Shown: positions 1-8,805, counted from the stretch's first letter. The stretch is DNA of 64,000 nucleotides from Oscillospiraceae bacterium (GCA_017545185.1 JAFWQJ010000084.1:13305-77304), one strand, 5' to 3'. Notes: generated from the letters alone by a model not told the origin. Made by a program: numbers and translations.

Positions 1-1750
1 TTGCGGGGATCAGGACCTCCGTCAGGCCGCTGTTCTCAAATGCGCCGTCGCCGATCTTCGTCACGGTGTCCGGGATCAGCACCTTCAGCAGCTCCGTACA
101 GTCGCGGAATGCATCGTCCGCGATCTCGCGCACGCCCGCCGGTACTGCGATCTCACCGATCGCCTCGGTGCCGCCGCGCATCAACACATCGTTCAGGATC
201 ACGAACATATCGGTATCAAGATGATGAGACTGCCAGAGCGTTTCGTCAAATGCGCCCGCGCCGATATCCAGAAGCCCCTCCGGGATCGTGATATCGCCGA
301 GCTGACCGTTCTCCGAAAACGCATAAACGCCGAGCGATTCCAGACCCTCCGGCAGAACGACCGAAAGCAGACCGTCCTCGCTGAATGCGCCCTCACCGAT
401 ATATTTCAGCGCCTCCGGGAAGTCCACCTCCGTCAGGGACGGGCATTCCGCAAACGCACGGGAACCGATCTCCTCCAGAAGCGCCGGCAGATCCAGTTCC
501 GTCAGGGCGGTGCATCCGCAGAACGCGCTGTCACCGACCGTCCTGACGCCCTCCGGCAGATCGACCGCCGCCAGTGCCGTGCAGCCGTAGAATGCATCTC
601 TGCTGACGCTTTCCAGCCCAGCCGGGAAATGCACGGATGCAAGCTGCGTACAGCCTGCAAATGCGCCCTCGCCGATCTCCGTCACGCTGTCCGGCATCAC
701 CACGGAGGTGATCTCCTCACACTGACAGAACGCATACGGGCCGATCTTTTCGACGCCGTCCGGAATGACGACCTCGCCGGTCTTTGCAGTACCCGCGGCG
801 ATCAGGATCCCGTTGATGATGACGAACGGCTCCGTCGCCTGCTTCTGCTCCAGCCACGCCGTTGCGCGGAACGCGTCGCGGGCGATCAGCCAGACGCTCT
901 CCGGAATGTCAAAATCGTTCCCGAGCCCCGCCGCATTGAACGCCAGCGAACCGACCTCCCGCAGCGAATCCGGCAGAGAGACCTGCTGCAGATTATAGCA
1001 GCCGGAAAACGCATTGCTGCCGATCTTTTCGACGCCCTCCGGAATGGTCAGCTTCACCATGCCCCAGTAGCCGGTGAACGCCTCGGATGCAATGGTCTTG
1101 ACGCCGTCCGGAATCGTCAGCTGATAGAGCTGCCCGTCATAATAATAGGAATCATCACCGGCGATCACATGGTATTCCGCCTCGGTCAGCGGCTCGCCGA
1201 TGCTGCCGTTTCCGCAGCAGATCAGCACCTTGCCCGCGATCACGAGCGATTCTGTCTCCTTCTGCTGCTCGAGCCACGGCGTTGCCAGAAAAGCATAGAC
1301 GCCGATGTCCTCAACGCCTTCCGGGATCGTCAGCTCCGCAAGCTGTTTGCAGCAGCGGAACGCGTCGCGGCCGATCGTTTTCAGGCTCTCCGGCAGCGAA
1401 ACGGACGTCAGGTTCTCATAATTCGCAAACGCGACGTCACAGATGCCGGTCACGCCCTCCCCGATCACAATGGATGTGACGGAATCCGCCAGCGGCATCA
1501 GTCCGAGCAGCAGCTCGCGGTCGGTCATCTTCATGTCACCGGTGCCCGAGATCGTCAGCGTGCCGGTCTCCTCGTCCAGTGACCATGTCACATTGTCTCC
1601 GCATTTTCCCTCCGCGTGAATGCCGAACACCGCAGTTTCCGGATCAAAGCCGTCAACTGCCGCAGCAGGCATCGCGCAGACCGCCCCCGAAACGGCCATG
1701 CATCCCGCACAGAGAATGCCGAGCACTCTTCCTGTTCTCTGCTTCATCAT
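1..1750 (-). CDS. BspA-type leucine-rich-repeat secreted/surface protein (N-terminal ~583 codons; 3' end lies left of the window)
   Basis: Own minus-strand translation. It is absent from the ORF track because no stop lies in the window. ATGATG at 1750/1747 follows AAAGGGGATGG. Signal peptide MKQRTGRVLGILCAGCMAVSGAVCAMPAAA, then more than 12 iterations of IPEGV..IG..AF..C..L..V.LP..L. The frame stays open to base 1. Confidence 0.8.
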   Translation of the reverse strand, partial: MMKQRTGRVLGILCAGCMAVSGAVCAMPAAAVDGFDPETAVFGIHAEGKCGDNVTWSLDEETGTLTISGTGDMKMTDRELLLGLMPLADSVTSIVIGEGVTGICDVAFANYENLTSVSLPESLKTIGRDAFRCCKQLAELTIPEGVEDIGVYAFLATPWLEQQKETESLVIAGKVLICCGNGSIGEPLTEAEYHVIAGDDSYYYDGQLYQLTIPDGVKTIASEAFTGYWGMVKLTIPEGVEKIGSNAFSGCYNLQQVSLPDSLREVGSLAFNAAGLGNDFDIPESVWLIARDAFRATAWLEQKQATEPFVIINGILIAAGTAKTGEVVIPDGVEKIGPYAFCQCEEITSVVMPDSVTEIGEGAFAGCTQLASVHFPAGLESVSRDAFYGCTALAAVDLPEGVRTVGDSAFCGCTALTELDLPALLEEIGSRAFAECPSLTEVDFPEALKYIGEGAFSEDGLLSVVLPEGLESLGVYAFSENGQLGDITIPEGLLDIGAGAFDETLWQSHHLDTDMFVILNDVLMRGGTEAIGEIAVPAGVREIADDAFRDCTELLKVLIPDTVTKIGDGAFENSGLTEVLIPA

Positions 1751-1843
1751 ATACCATCCCCTTTTCATTTGCGCATCCGTACCGCGCTGTATACTTTTAT
1801 AATAGCATTATATCGAATCATTTGTCAAGAGAGGAGCATATTT

Positions 1844-2728
1844 TTGTTGAAACCTCCAAACGGAAATCTTCTGCAGCGCACCGCCTTGCTGATTCTGCCG
1901 AGACTGTTTGCGTTTTTCTGCTGTGACGCGCCCTATTCCGCGGCCTATGCGCTCGGCACGGTGCTCGCGGTCATTCCGCAGGCAGCGGCCGTGCTGCTCC
2001 TGACGCGCAGAAAGAATACGCTTGATTTCCCGCCGCCGCTGCTGAAAATCTGCCGGATCGGCGCGCAGCTTTACGCGGCATGGCTGACCGTTCTGTTCCG
2101 CGGGCTCTGCCGGGATCTGCTGCTGCCGCACTGCGGTCTGATGATGCTGCTGCTTGCGCTCATGCTGCTGTATACGGTGCGGCAGCCGGAGCAGGCGGCT
2201 TACCGCGCGGCGGGTCTGATGCTCTTTGCGGGGGCGGCGGGCTTCCTGCTGCTGCCGCTCGGCGGGCCCGGTACTCTTCGCGGCATTTCGCTGTTTATGC
2301 CGGACAGCATCGCGGCGGGATTTTTCCGGGAGCTGCGGTTTTCCGGCGAGCTGCTGCTGATCCCGCTTGTGATGCAGAAGCAGCCCGCGAAAGCCGCACG
2401 CAGGGGTCTGACCGCATGGGCTTTGTTCCGCGGCGGATTCCTGCCGCTTGTCGTACTGTTCGGCACGATGCAGAACGGGCGGCTGTTCTGCCGGAAGGGC
2501 AATCCGTTTTTTCTGCTGCCGGCGCGCACGCCGCTCACAAGCGCGATCCGCACGGACGGCTTCTGGATGCTCTACGCATTTGCCTGCGGCGGACTTTGCA
2601 TCACGGCCTGTCTGCAGGCAGGGCTTCCGGCGGTCAGAAAGCGGAACATCATGCTGCATACAGCGCACGGACTTCCGGGCAGCCGTCATAAAAGCTTTGA
2701 TACGCCTGATATAAGGAGAACCCCATGA
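1844..2728 (+). CDS. polytopic membrane protein, GerAB/GerKB-like spore germination permease candidate
   Basis: In-frame TTG at 1844 lies 7 nt after GAGGAG (1831-1836). The 5' part of track ORF 1616..2728 overlaps the LRR gene start and is discarded. The protein is very hydrophobic with multiple TM segments. Its stop overlaps (ATGA) the start of a Ger(x)C-like lipoprotein gene. Confidence 0.4.
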   Translation: MLKPPNGNLLQRTALLILPRLFAFFCCDAPYSAAYALGTVLAVIPQAAAVLLLTRRKNTLDFPPPLLKICRIGAQLYAAWLTVLFRGLCRDLLLPHCGLMMLLLALMLLYTVRQPEQAAYRAAGLMLFAGAAGFLLLPLGGPGTLRGISLFMPDSIAAGFFRELRFSGELLLIPLVMQKQPAKAARRGLTAWALFRGGFLPLVVLFGTMQNGRLFCRKGNPFFLLPARTPLTSAIRTDGFWMLYAFACGGLCITACLQAGLPAVRKRNIMLHTAHGLPGSRHKSFDTPDIRRTP

Positions 2729-3639
2729 AAAAACTTCTGCTTCTGCTCCCCGCTTTACTGCTGACTGCCTGCACCGATATCCGCACGCGGCTTTCCCCTG
2801 ACCTGCTCGCCGCCGATACCGGGAATGGGCTCCGCCTTGCCGCGCATACCACGCAGGACGACGCTCTCATCACCGCATACGCCGCCGCACCGGAGCTGCT
2901 CCCCGACGCGCTGCAGACCGCCTCCGGTTCGGAGATCGCCCCGGGGCATATCTCGATGCTGCTGATCTGCGGGAACCCCTGCGCGCTGCTCGAAACTGCC
3001 CTGCAAAAGCAGTGGCTCCCGCCGTCCGGCGCGGTCGTCTCCCTGCCGGAAAGTGCCTGCGATGCGCTCGGCAGCGGCGCGTTCCCCTCCCCCGGACAGC
3101 TCTCCGCCGCCGAGGAGACGGGGCAGCTCCCGCGCCGTCCGGCAGATACCGTGCTCGGCGACCTGAAAAGCGGCTCCGGCATCACCGCGCTGCATACCGA
3201 AGAAAACGGCCGCCTGACGCTCTCGCTGTGGGATGCGGAACGGCAGTACGGCACACTCTCTGCGGATGCCTGCCGCGGGCTCGCGCTGCTTGACAGCCGC
3301 TGGAAAAGCTTTGCCTTTGCCTGCGGGGAAGGCGTATGCACTGTCCGGCGCAGCAGGCTGCATATTTCCGTCGCGGAGAGAGACGGCAGGCTCTGCGTGA
3401 CCGTTTCCGGCAGCATCACCGCGGAAACGGACGATCCCGCCGCCGCAGAGCAGTGCCTGCACGCGATGCTCACGGCCGCGCTGCATGAAACCGCCCGCGA
3501 TGCCGGTGCCGATCTGCTGTTTCTCCGGGAGTACGCCGTCCGCGGGAGAATTGCAGAGGCCGTGCACTGCGAACCTGCGGAATGGGCGGGGCTGCTCCGC
3601 GCCGCGGAATACCGCGTCAGCATCTCCGTTCATGCATGA
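2725..3639 (+). CDS. lipoprotein, Ger(x)C-family germination protein candidate
   Basis: MKKLLLLLPALLLTAC signal peptide with an L-T-A-C lipobox. It is translationally coupled to the upstream permease-like gene. Overall pattern resembles GerAC-type proteins (LLAADTGNG..., GHISMLLICG...). Confidence 0.45.
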   Translation: MKKLLLLLPALLLTACTDIRTRLSPDLLAADTGNGLRLAAHTTQDDALITAYAAAPELLPDALQTASGSEIAPGHISMLLICGNPCALLETALQKQWLPPSGAVVSLPESACDALGSGAFPSPGQLSAAEETGQLPRRPADTVLGDLKSGSGITALHTEENGRLTLSLWDAERQYGTLSADACRGLALLDSRWKSFAFACGEGVCTVRRSRLHISVAERDGRLCVTVSGSITAETDDPAAAEQCLHAMLTAALHETARDAGADLLFLREYAVRGRIAEAVHCEPAEWAGLLRAAEYRVSISVHA

Positions 3640-3720
3640 AACGCACGCTCTTGTGCAATATATCCAAATCCGCTTCGGCTCCCGCGGCAAAAAATTTACG
3701 TCAAAACCGTAAAAAAGATA

Positions 3721-3749
3721 TTGACGTTTTCCCCGCAAACGGATATACT
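3721..3749 (+). promoter_or_regulatory. sigma-70-type promoter upstream of acpP
   Basis: TTGACG (3721-3726), 17-nt spacer, TATACT (3744-3749). Confidence 0.5.
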
Positions 3750-3821
3750 ATAAACGATGTGACCTGCAGAACAAGCTGCATGTGTGCACAGAACATCACA
3801 TAACAGAGAGGAGCAGATTAC

Positions 3822-4055
3822 ATGGTATTTGAAAAGCTCAAGGACATCATTCTCGACCAGCTGGATGTGGACGAGGATGAGATCACAATGGACGCGGATT
3901 TCATCGACGATCTCCAGGCGGATTCGCTTGACATTACGCTTCTGATGAAAACCATCTCCGAGGAGTTCGACATTGCCGTTGAGGACGATGCGGTCGATAA
4001 GATCAGCACGGTCGGCGATGCTGTTGAGTTCATCGAATCTTATATCAACGACTGA
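3822..4055 (+). CDS. acpP: acyl carrier protein
   Basis: 77 aa and acidic, with the phosphopantetheine attachment motif LQADSLDITLL. RBS GAGAGGAG upstream. Confidence 0.9.
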   Translation: MVFEKLKDIILDQLDVDEDEITMDADFIDDLQADSLDITLLMKTISEEFDIAVEDDAVDKISTVGDAVEFIESYIND

Positions 4056-4061
4056 AAAAAG

Positions 4062-4097
4062 CAGGGCGCAGCCGAACAAGCTGTGCCCTGTCTTTTT
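4062..4097. terminator. bidirectional intrinsic terminator between acpP and the convergent response regulator gene
   Basis: Stem CAGGGCGCAGC / GCTGTGCCCTG followed by TCTTTTT. An A-run lies on the other side. Confidence 0.7.
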
Positions 4098-4108
4098 GTA
4101 TCCTGTTA

Positions 4109-4789
4109 TCAGCTCGCGGAAAGCACGTAGCCCTTGCTGCGCACCGTCCGGAGCAGTTTCAGCTGGAAGCCATCATCGACCTTCTTGCGGAGATAGTGGA
4201 TGTACACCGGCACGATCGCGGAATCCGCGGCAGACTGCGTGACATTCTGCTCCAGCTCCTCCCGCGTAACGGTCGCGCCTGCGCGTGCTGCAAAGTATTC
4301 GAGGATCGCGCACTCCTTCGCGGAAAGCGGGATCCGTTTGCCGCCTCTCGTCACGACATGCCGGTTCGTATCGACGGTCAGATCGGCGATGCAGTGCAGT
4401 CCGTTCCGCACCGCTGCCGCGCGCCGGCAGTATGTCCGCACCATGCGGCGCACTCTCGCCATGCACTCGTCCATGTGGAACGGCCGCAGCAGATAATCGT
4501 CCGCGCCGCTGTCCAGTGCCAGCACCCTGTCCGCGACCGAGCCGCGCGTGCTGATGACCATGACCGGCGTATCCAGCGTTCTTGTGCGCATCTCGCGCAG
4601 CACAGCCACGCCGTCCATATCCGGCAGGCTCCATTCCAGCAGCACCGACTCAAAGCGCGGCGACGTCAGCAGACGCAGCGCATCGGTACCCGTGCGCACC
4701 GCGACCGGCGTAAAGCCCTCTCCGCAAAGCCGCTCGCAGAGCAGCTCCCTCAGCGAATCATTCGGTTCGATCAGTAAAATTTCCATCAT
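4109..4789 (-). CDS. OmpR/PhoB-family response regulator, orphan and atypical (Glu at the phospho-acceptor position)
   Basis: Receiver plus winged-helix domains (…LLEWSLPDMDG…VMVISTRG…GADDYLLRPF…; …IHYLRKKV…TVRSKGYVL). Start chosen at ATGATG 4789, 8 nt after GGAGGG. No histidine kinase is adjacent. Confidence 0.85.
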   Translation of the reverse strand: MMEILLIEPNDSLRELLCERLCGEGFTPVAVRTGTDALRLLTSPRFESVLLEWSLPDMDGVAVLREMRTRTLDTPVMVISTRGSVADRVLALDSGADDYLLRPFHMDECMARVRRMVRTYCRRAAAVRNGLHCIADLTVDTNRHVVTRGGKRIPLSAKECAILEYFAARAGATVTREELEQNVTQSAADSAIVPVYIHYLRKKVDDGFQLKLLRTVRSKGYVLSAS

Positions 4790-5017
4790 GTTCCAGCCCT
4801 CCGCAAATCCTGCAAAGTGTCCCCTCTTGTGCATACTATAACCGTTCAACTTAAAATGAACCTGAAATTATTTGAAATATTGCGGTGCTCTGACGCATCA
4901 CTCCGCATATTTTGTCATGCGCGGGATATACTAACCTCGCAGGCGCAGAAAACCGCACCGTTCCGTTCCGGGAGCCGTGCGCAGCGTCTGCCAAATCCGC
5001 GAAATGAGGAATCAAGC

Positions 5018-5227
5018 ATGTGGGATAAGCTAGCGTTGATCCTGCTGGTCATCGGCGGCATCAACTGGGGGCTTGTCGGCATTTTCGAGCTGGACCTTGT
5101 GGCATGGATGTTCGGCGGTGCCGCATCCGTCGTGAGCAGACTGATCTATATTCTGGTGGCACTTTCCGCCGTCTGGTGTATTTCCTTCCTGTTCCGCGAC
5201 AGCACGCCGGTCCGGTCTGAGGCCTGA
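5018..5227 (+). CDS. DUF378-type small membrane protein
   Basis: MWDKLALILLVIGGINWGLVGIFELDLVAWMFGG… is typical of DUF378 (from memory). GAGGAA RBS at 5006-5011. The upstream part of track ORF 4817..5227 overlaps the regulator gene and is rejected. Confidence 0.7.
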   Translation: MWDKLALILLVIGGINWGLVGIFELDLVAWMFGGAASVVSRLIYILVALSAVWCISFLFRDSTPVRSEA

Positions 5228-5246
5228 TCCGCCCCCTCGGAATCAC

Positions 5247-5281
5247 CCCTTCCGTACAGCCCTGTACGGAAGGGCTTTTTC
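5247..5281 (+). terminator. intrinsic terminator
   Basis: CCCTTCCGTACAG-CC-CTGTACGGAAGGG followed by CTTTTT. Confidence 0.75.
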
Positions 5282-5370
5282 CGTCCGGCAGCATCCGACA
5301 AAATCTCTTTTACGATATGCCCAAATTTTGCGCAAAGATTCGTACACATTGCCAAAAAGTGACTTGGCGC

Positions 5371-5399
5371 TTGCGTTTTTGCTGAAAATATGCTATACT
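5371..5399 (+). promoter_or_regulatory. sigma-70-type promoter upstream of the aldose epimerase gene
   Basis: TTGCGT, 17-nt spacer, TGC-TATACT (extended -10). Confidence 0.5.
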
Positions 5400-5461
5400 A
5401 AATTGAATGATTTTCACTGATCCTGTTCCGCAAGGAATGATCGAAGGAGGATATCTGTATC

Positions 5462-6466
5462 ATGAACACGACACAGCAGACAGTTTTGAACGGAACGCCC
5501 TGCATTATGCTTTCCGCCGGCGGCTATGAAGCCTATATCGCTTACGAGATCGGCTCCAATGTCATCCGGCTGCGCGACGTGAAAAACGGCATTGATGTCT
5601 TCCGCTTTTCTCCGGACAACACCGCAGAGACGCTGAAGCAGTCCGCAGAGGTCTGGGGTCTGCCAACACTCTATCTGCCGAACCGCTTTTCGGACGGCGT
5701 GCTGAAAACCTCTGACGCGGTCTATCACCTGCCGGTCAATGAGGCGGCGCCCTATCACAACCATATCCACGGATTCCTGCACAAGCGGGAGCATACCGTG
5801 ATCTCGCACCACGCAGACGAGAACTGCGCCGTGCTGCGTACATCCTATGACTATGACGAGAAGGATCCCTTCTTCAAATATCTGCCGCTGCGCTTCCGCG
5901 TGGAGCTGACCTTCACGCTCAGCGAATACGGTCTGGAGCACAAGATCGCGCTCATCAATCTTTCGGAGAAGGCGCTGCCGGTCTCCGTTGCGACGCACAC
6001 GACCATTCAGGCACCTTTCTTAGACGGCGCAAAGCCCGAGGATATGCGCCTGACCGTGCCGATCGGCAAGCGCTGCGAACTGAACGAGCGCTGCCTGCCG
6101 ACCGAGCGTCTGCTTGACCTGAAGCTCTCCGATCTCGAATACAAGAACGGCACAAAATGCCCGGTGCTGCAGAATCTCGACAATGACATGTATCAGGCCG
6201 AGACGGGCAAGCTGGACGGACAGGATTTCTACGGTGCGATCGTCGAGGACGAGCCCTCCGGCAGAAAGATCTGCTACGAGGTCAGCCCGGAGTACAAGTT
6301 CTGGATCATCTGGAACGACAAGGGCTTCAACGGGTACTTCTGCCCGGAGCCGATGACTGCCATGATCGACGCGCCGAACCTGGAGCTGCCGGCGGATGTG
6401 ACCGGCTATCAGGAACTGAAGCCGCACGGCGTCTTTGAGGCAAATCAGCGGTTCTTCACCGTCTGA
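5462..6466 (+). CDS. aldose 1-epimerase (galactose mutarotase-like) family protein
   Basis: 334 aa with …HNHIHGFLH…, …CPEPMTA… and an overall mutarotase-like pattern. RBS GAAGGAGG upstream. Confidence 0.75.
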   Translation: MNTTQQTVLNGTPCIMLSAGGYEAYIAYEIGSNVIRLRDVKNGIDVFRFSPDNTAETLKQSAEVWGLPTLYLPNRFSDGVLKTSDAVYHLPVNEAAPYHNHIHGFLHKREHTVISHHADENCAVLRTSYDYDEKDPFFKYLPLRFRVELTFTLSEYGLEHKIALINLSEKALPVSVATHTTIQAPFLDGAKPEDMRLTVPIGKRCELNERCLPTERLLDLKLSDLEYKNGTKCPVLQNLDNDMYQAETGKLDGQDFYGAIVEDEPSGRKICYEVSPEYKFWIIWNDKGFNGYFCPEPMTAMIDAPNLELPADVTGYQELKPHGVFEANQRFFTV

Positions 6467-6487
6467 CACATTCACACATATAAAACA

Positions 6488-6520
6488 AGACCTGACACGC
6501 GATGTGTCAGGTCTGTTTTT
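6488..6520. terminator. bidirectional intrinsic terminator
   Basis: AGACCTGACAC-GCGAT-GTGTCAGGTCT followed by GTTTTT. It sits between convergent genes. Confidence 0.75.
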
Positions 6521-6537
6521 GTTCTGTCGGTTTTGTG

Positions 6538-8079
6538 TTACGGAACGACGATGATCTCACCGCACAGGCAATTCCTTGCACACTGGTAAGGACACTCGTC
6601 CGGCAGGCCGGAGAATGATGCATCTCTCACATAGATCCGGTATCGTCCGCATTCCTCCGGTGCGTCAAAGCAAAGCCTGAACAGCACACCGTCTTCCCGA
6701 ATGATCCACTCATCCTGATCGCTGTAGATTTTCCCGTTTCTTGTGATTTCCCGAAAATTGTCGAACGATACCTCTGCATAACCCGGATAACCCATAACGC
6801 TTACAAGATGCGGCGCATGTTCCAGCAGCGTTCCCTCTGCGGCAACATCGAGCGCAGTGCGTTCATCCTCTGACAGGCCAAGCGCGTCCCTTGTTTCAGC
6901 GTCGTATTCCCGCAGCCGAAGTGCGGGATCATAGCCGAAGCTTACCCACCCGGATTCAAACGGTTCAGCACCCCTGACCCACATATTGACCTGAATATTC
7001 TTCTGGCCGGCATGGGCGACTGTCTGCTCAATGCAGCACACAGGTCCTTCCTTTCTCTCCGGATCAATCAGCCATGTTTCATCAGCTGCCGAAGCATAAT
7101 CTTCCTCATCCACGATGAACTCGATGCCGGAAACCTCGCAGCAAACGGGGGATTGCTGTCCGATCTCCTGCGAATCCTTTTTCAGCACTTCGGAATGACC
7201 GAACTGCCCGTCATCCTGAATCACATAGCGTCCCGGCTTGGACGGCGCAAGCAGCACCGTCTCGGCCAGCACAGTATCATCCGGCAGTGCAGCGACATTC
7301 CACCCGTCTATAGGATAGCTGCCGAAGCTGATATCACGGTCATCTTCCAGTTCGCCGCTCCAGCTGCCGCAGATCGAGATCATATCTTTGTATTCCGGCG
7401 CGACCTGAGCCATCAATGCCGTGTCAAACGTCCGGATGTTATAGCAGACAAAGAAACGTGACATGCCCGGGTCGTTCCGGACAGTCAGCTTCAGCCTGAC
7501 CAGCTCGCTCGGCTTGATATGGCAGATGATCGGTGCCGCAGCATTCCCGGCGTTCACCTCATAGGGTCTGTCCGCGGGGATCAGCGAAAATTGAACGGAA
7601 TCGCTCTTTGTCTCTGCTGCCGCTGCAGGCGGTACGGCATCCTGCTTCGGCTGCGTCTGCGCAGTTGTCTGATCCGTCACGGCCGCTGCCGTTTCTGTAC
7701 GGGATGTTGTCCGGGTCTCACTGTCTGAATCTGCCGCCGTCACGGTCACGGCCTTTTCGCCGGAATGCTTCTGCGGCTTCGCGGTTGTCACGGTCTGCAC
7801 TGCGGTGATCTCCGCAGAGGCGGTTGTCTGTACGGCTTCTGTCACTTCGATTGTCTGACTGTCTGCGGTCATGGAATCATCCGCAGCTCTGTGCAGGATA
7901 TGTCCGCCGATCCCGATATTCAGCGCGATCAGTGCCGCAGCAACGGCAGAACCGTTCACCATGCCGCGCTTTGTCAGAGAAATGCGCGGGCGACGTGCCT
8001 TTTCCAGCACGGCCTGCTTACAGGCAGGATCCTGCTTCATGCGGTCCACGACGTCGCAGTACTGCTGTATCGTTTTCAT
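6538..8079 (-). CDS. membrane-anchored anti-sigma factor candidate with two cohesin-like extracellular modules
   Basis: The start overlaps the sigma gene stop (ATGA at 8076-8079). Short cytoplasmic N-terminus, one TM (GSAVAAALIALNIGIGGHIL), a T/A/Q-rich linker, then two ~160-aa modules carrying cohesin-like signatures (…AHAGQKNIQVNMWVRG…VSFGYDPALRL…GRYRIYV…). Confidence 0.6.
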   Translation of the reverse strand: MKTIQQYCDVVDRMKQDPACKQAVLEKARRPRISLTKRGMVNGSAVAAALIALNIGIGGHILHRAADDSMTADSQTIEVTEAVQTTASAEITAVQTVTTAKPQKHSGEKAVTVTAADSDSETRTTSRTETAAAVTDQTTAQTQPKQDAVPPAAAAETKSDSVQFSLIPADRPYEVNAGNAAAPIICHIKPSELVRLKLTVRNDPGMSRFFVCYNIRTFDTALMAQVAPEYKDMISICGSWSGELEDDRDISFGSYPIDGWNVAALPDDTVLAETVLLAPSKPGRYVIQDDGQFGHSEVLKKDSQEIGQQSPVCCEVSGIEFIVDEEDYASAADETWLIDPERKEGPVCCIEQTVAHAGQKNIQVNMWVRGAEPFESGWVSFGYDPALRLREYDAETRDALGLSEDERTALDVAAEGTLLEHAPHLVSVMGYPGYAEVSFDNFREITRNGKIYSDQDEWIIREDGVLFRLCFDAPEECGRYRIYVRDASFSGLPDECPYQCARNCLCGEIIVVP

Positions 8080-8549
8080 AGCTTCAACTCCTCTCCGAGC
8101 GCTTCCTTCAGCAGCTTCCGTGCACGGTGAAGCTGTGTCCGGACGGCTGTCTCCGAACGTCCCGTCATCTCTGCGATCTCCGCAGTGGAATAGCCCTCAT
8201 AATAGAACAGGTGGATCACCGAACGGTATTTGACGGGCAGTTCCATGACTGCGTGATAGACATCGTGCTCCTCCGGCGTTTCAAAGCACAGCGCCGCTTC
8301 TTCCAGCGGAACACTGAACCGGTACCGGAACGAGCGCAGCAGATCCTTCGCCTGGTTGATCGTCACGCGCATCATCCAGCCGGTCTCATGGCGTTCGTTT
8401 TCAAACACGGTCCGGGATGCAAAACGCTTGAGAAATACCTCCGAGGTGATATCCTCCGCGTCAGCGCGGTTTTTGCAGTACGCAAACGCCAATCTGTATA
8501 CAGATTCATGATATTTGTCGTATATTTGCTCCATTTCCTGCGTATCCAC
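8076..8549 (-). CDS. ECF-type RNA polymerase sigma factor
   Basis: 157 aa with sigma-70 region 2 (…VYRLAFAYCKNRADAEDITSEVFLK…) and region 4 (…LFYYEGYSTAEIAEMTGRSETAVRTQLHRARKLLK). GTG start lies 7 nt after GGGGTGAGG. Confidence 0.85.
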   Translation of the reverse strand: MDTQEMEQIYDKYHESVYRLAFAYCKNRADAEDITSEVFLKRFASRTVFENERHETGWMMRVTINQAKDLLRSFRYRFSVPLEEAALCFETPEEHDVYHAVMELPVKYRSVIHLFYYEGYSTAEIAEMTGRSETAVRTQLHRARKLLKEALGEELKL

Positions 8550-8776
8550 GAAGTATCCTCACCCCTTCTCCGGACTGCGCGCAGTTTCATCAGCTGATGC
8601 GAAATGCTCTGACCATTTCATCAGGTATACGTTTCACAGTGCCGGTTTGTTGCAGCGTGCAGATTATTTTGTTTTCTTTATTATAATGCACGAAAACAGG
8701 CTTGTCAACAGCCCATACCGCAAGGATTGGGCAATCGGCAAAATCGTGAAGATTCGGTAAACATTGTGCGAAAGGC

Positions 8777-8805
8777 TTGACATCATGCCGAAATCGTGCT
8801 ATGAT
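8777..8805 (+). promoter_or_regulatory. sigma-70-type promoter upstream of the GH9 gene
   Basis: TTGACA, 17-nt spacer, TGC-TATGAT. Confidence 0.55.

Noticed and set aside
221-1582. 453-aa plus-strand ORF (and nested ORFs 765..998, 1282..1479) at the window start
   Set aside because: It is antisense to a clearly real LRR gene whose repeats translate cleanly on the minus strand. The product is Arg/Ala/Gln-rich low complexity, typical of a high-GC shadow frame, and it has no RBS.
4790-5017. N-terminal extensions of track ORFs (4109..4849, 4817..5227). The same applies to 1616..1843, 27973..28137, 31355..31441, 38423..38566, 45258..45392, 49517..49603, 59562..59630, 62077..62112 and 62992..63024
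   Set aside because: Internal starts have proper RBSs and match the family N-termini. The extensions overlap neighbouring genes, promoters or terminators.
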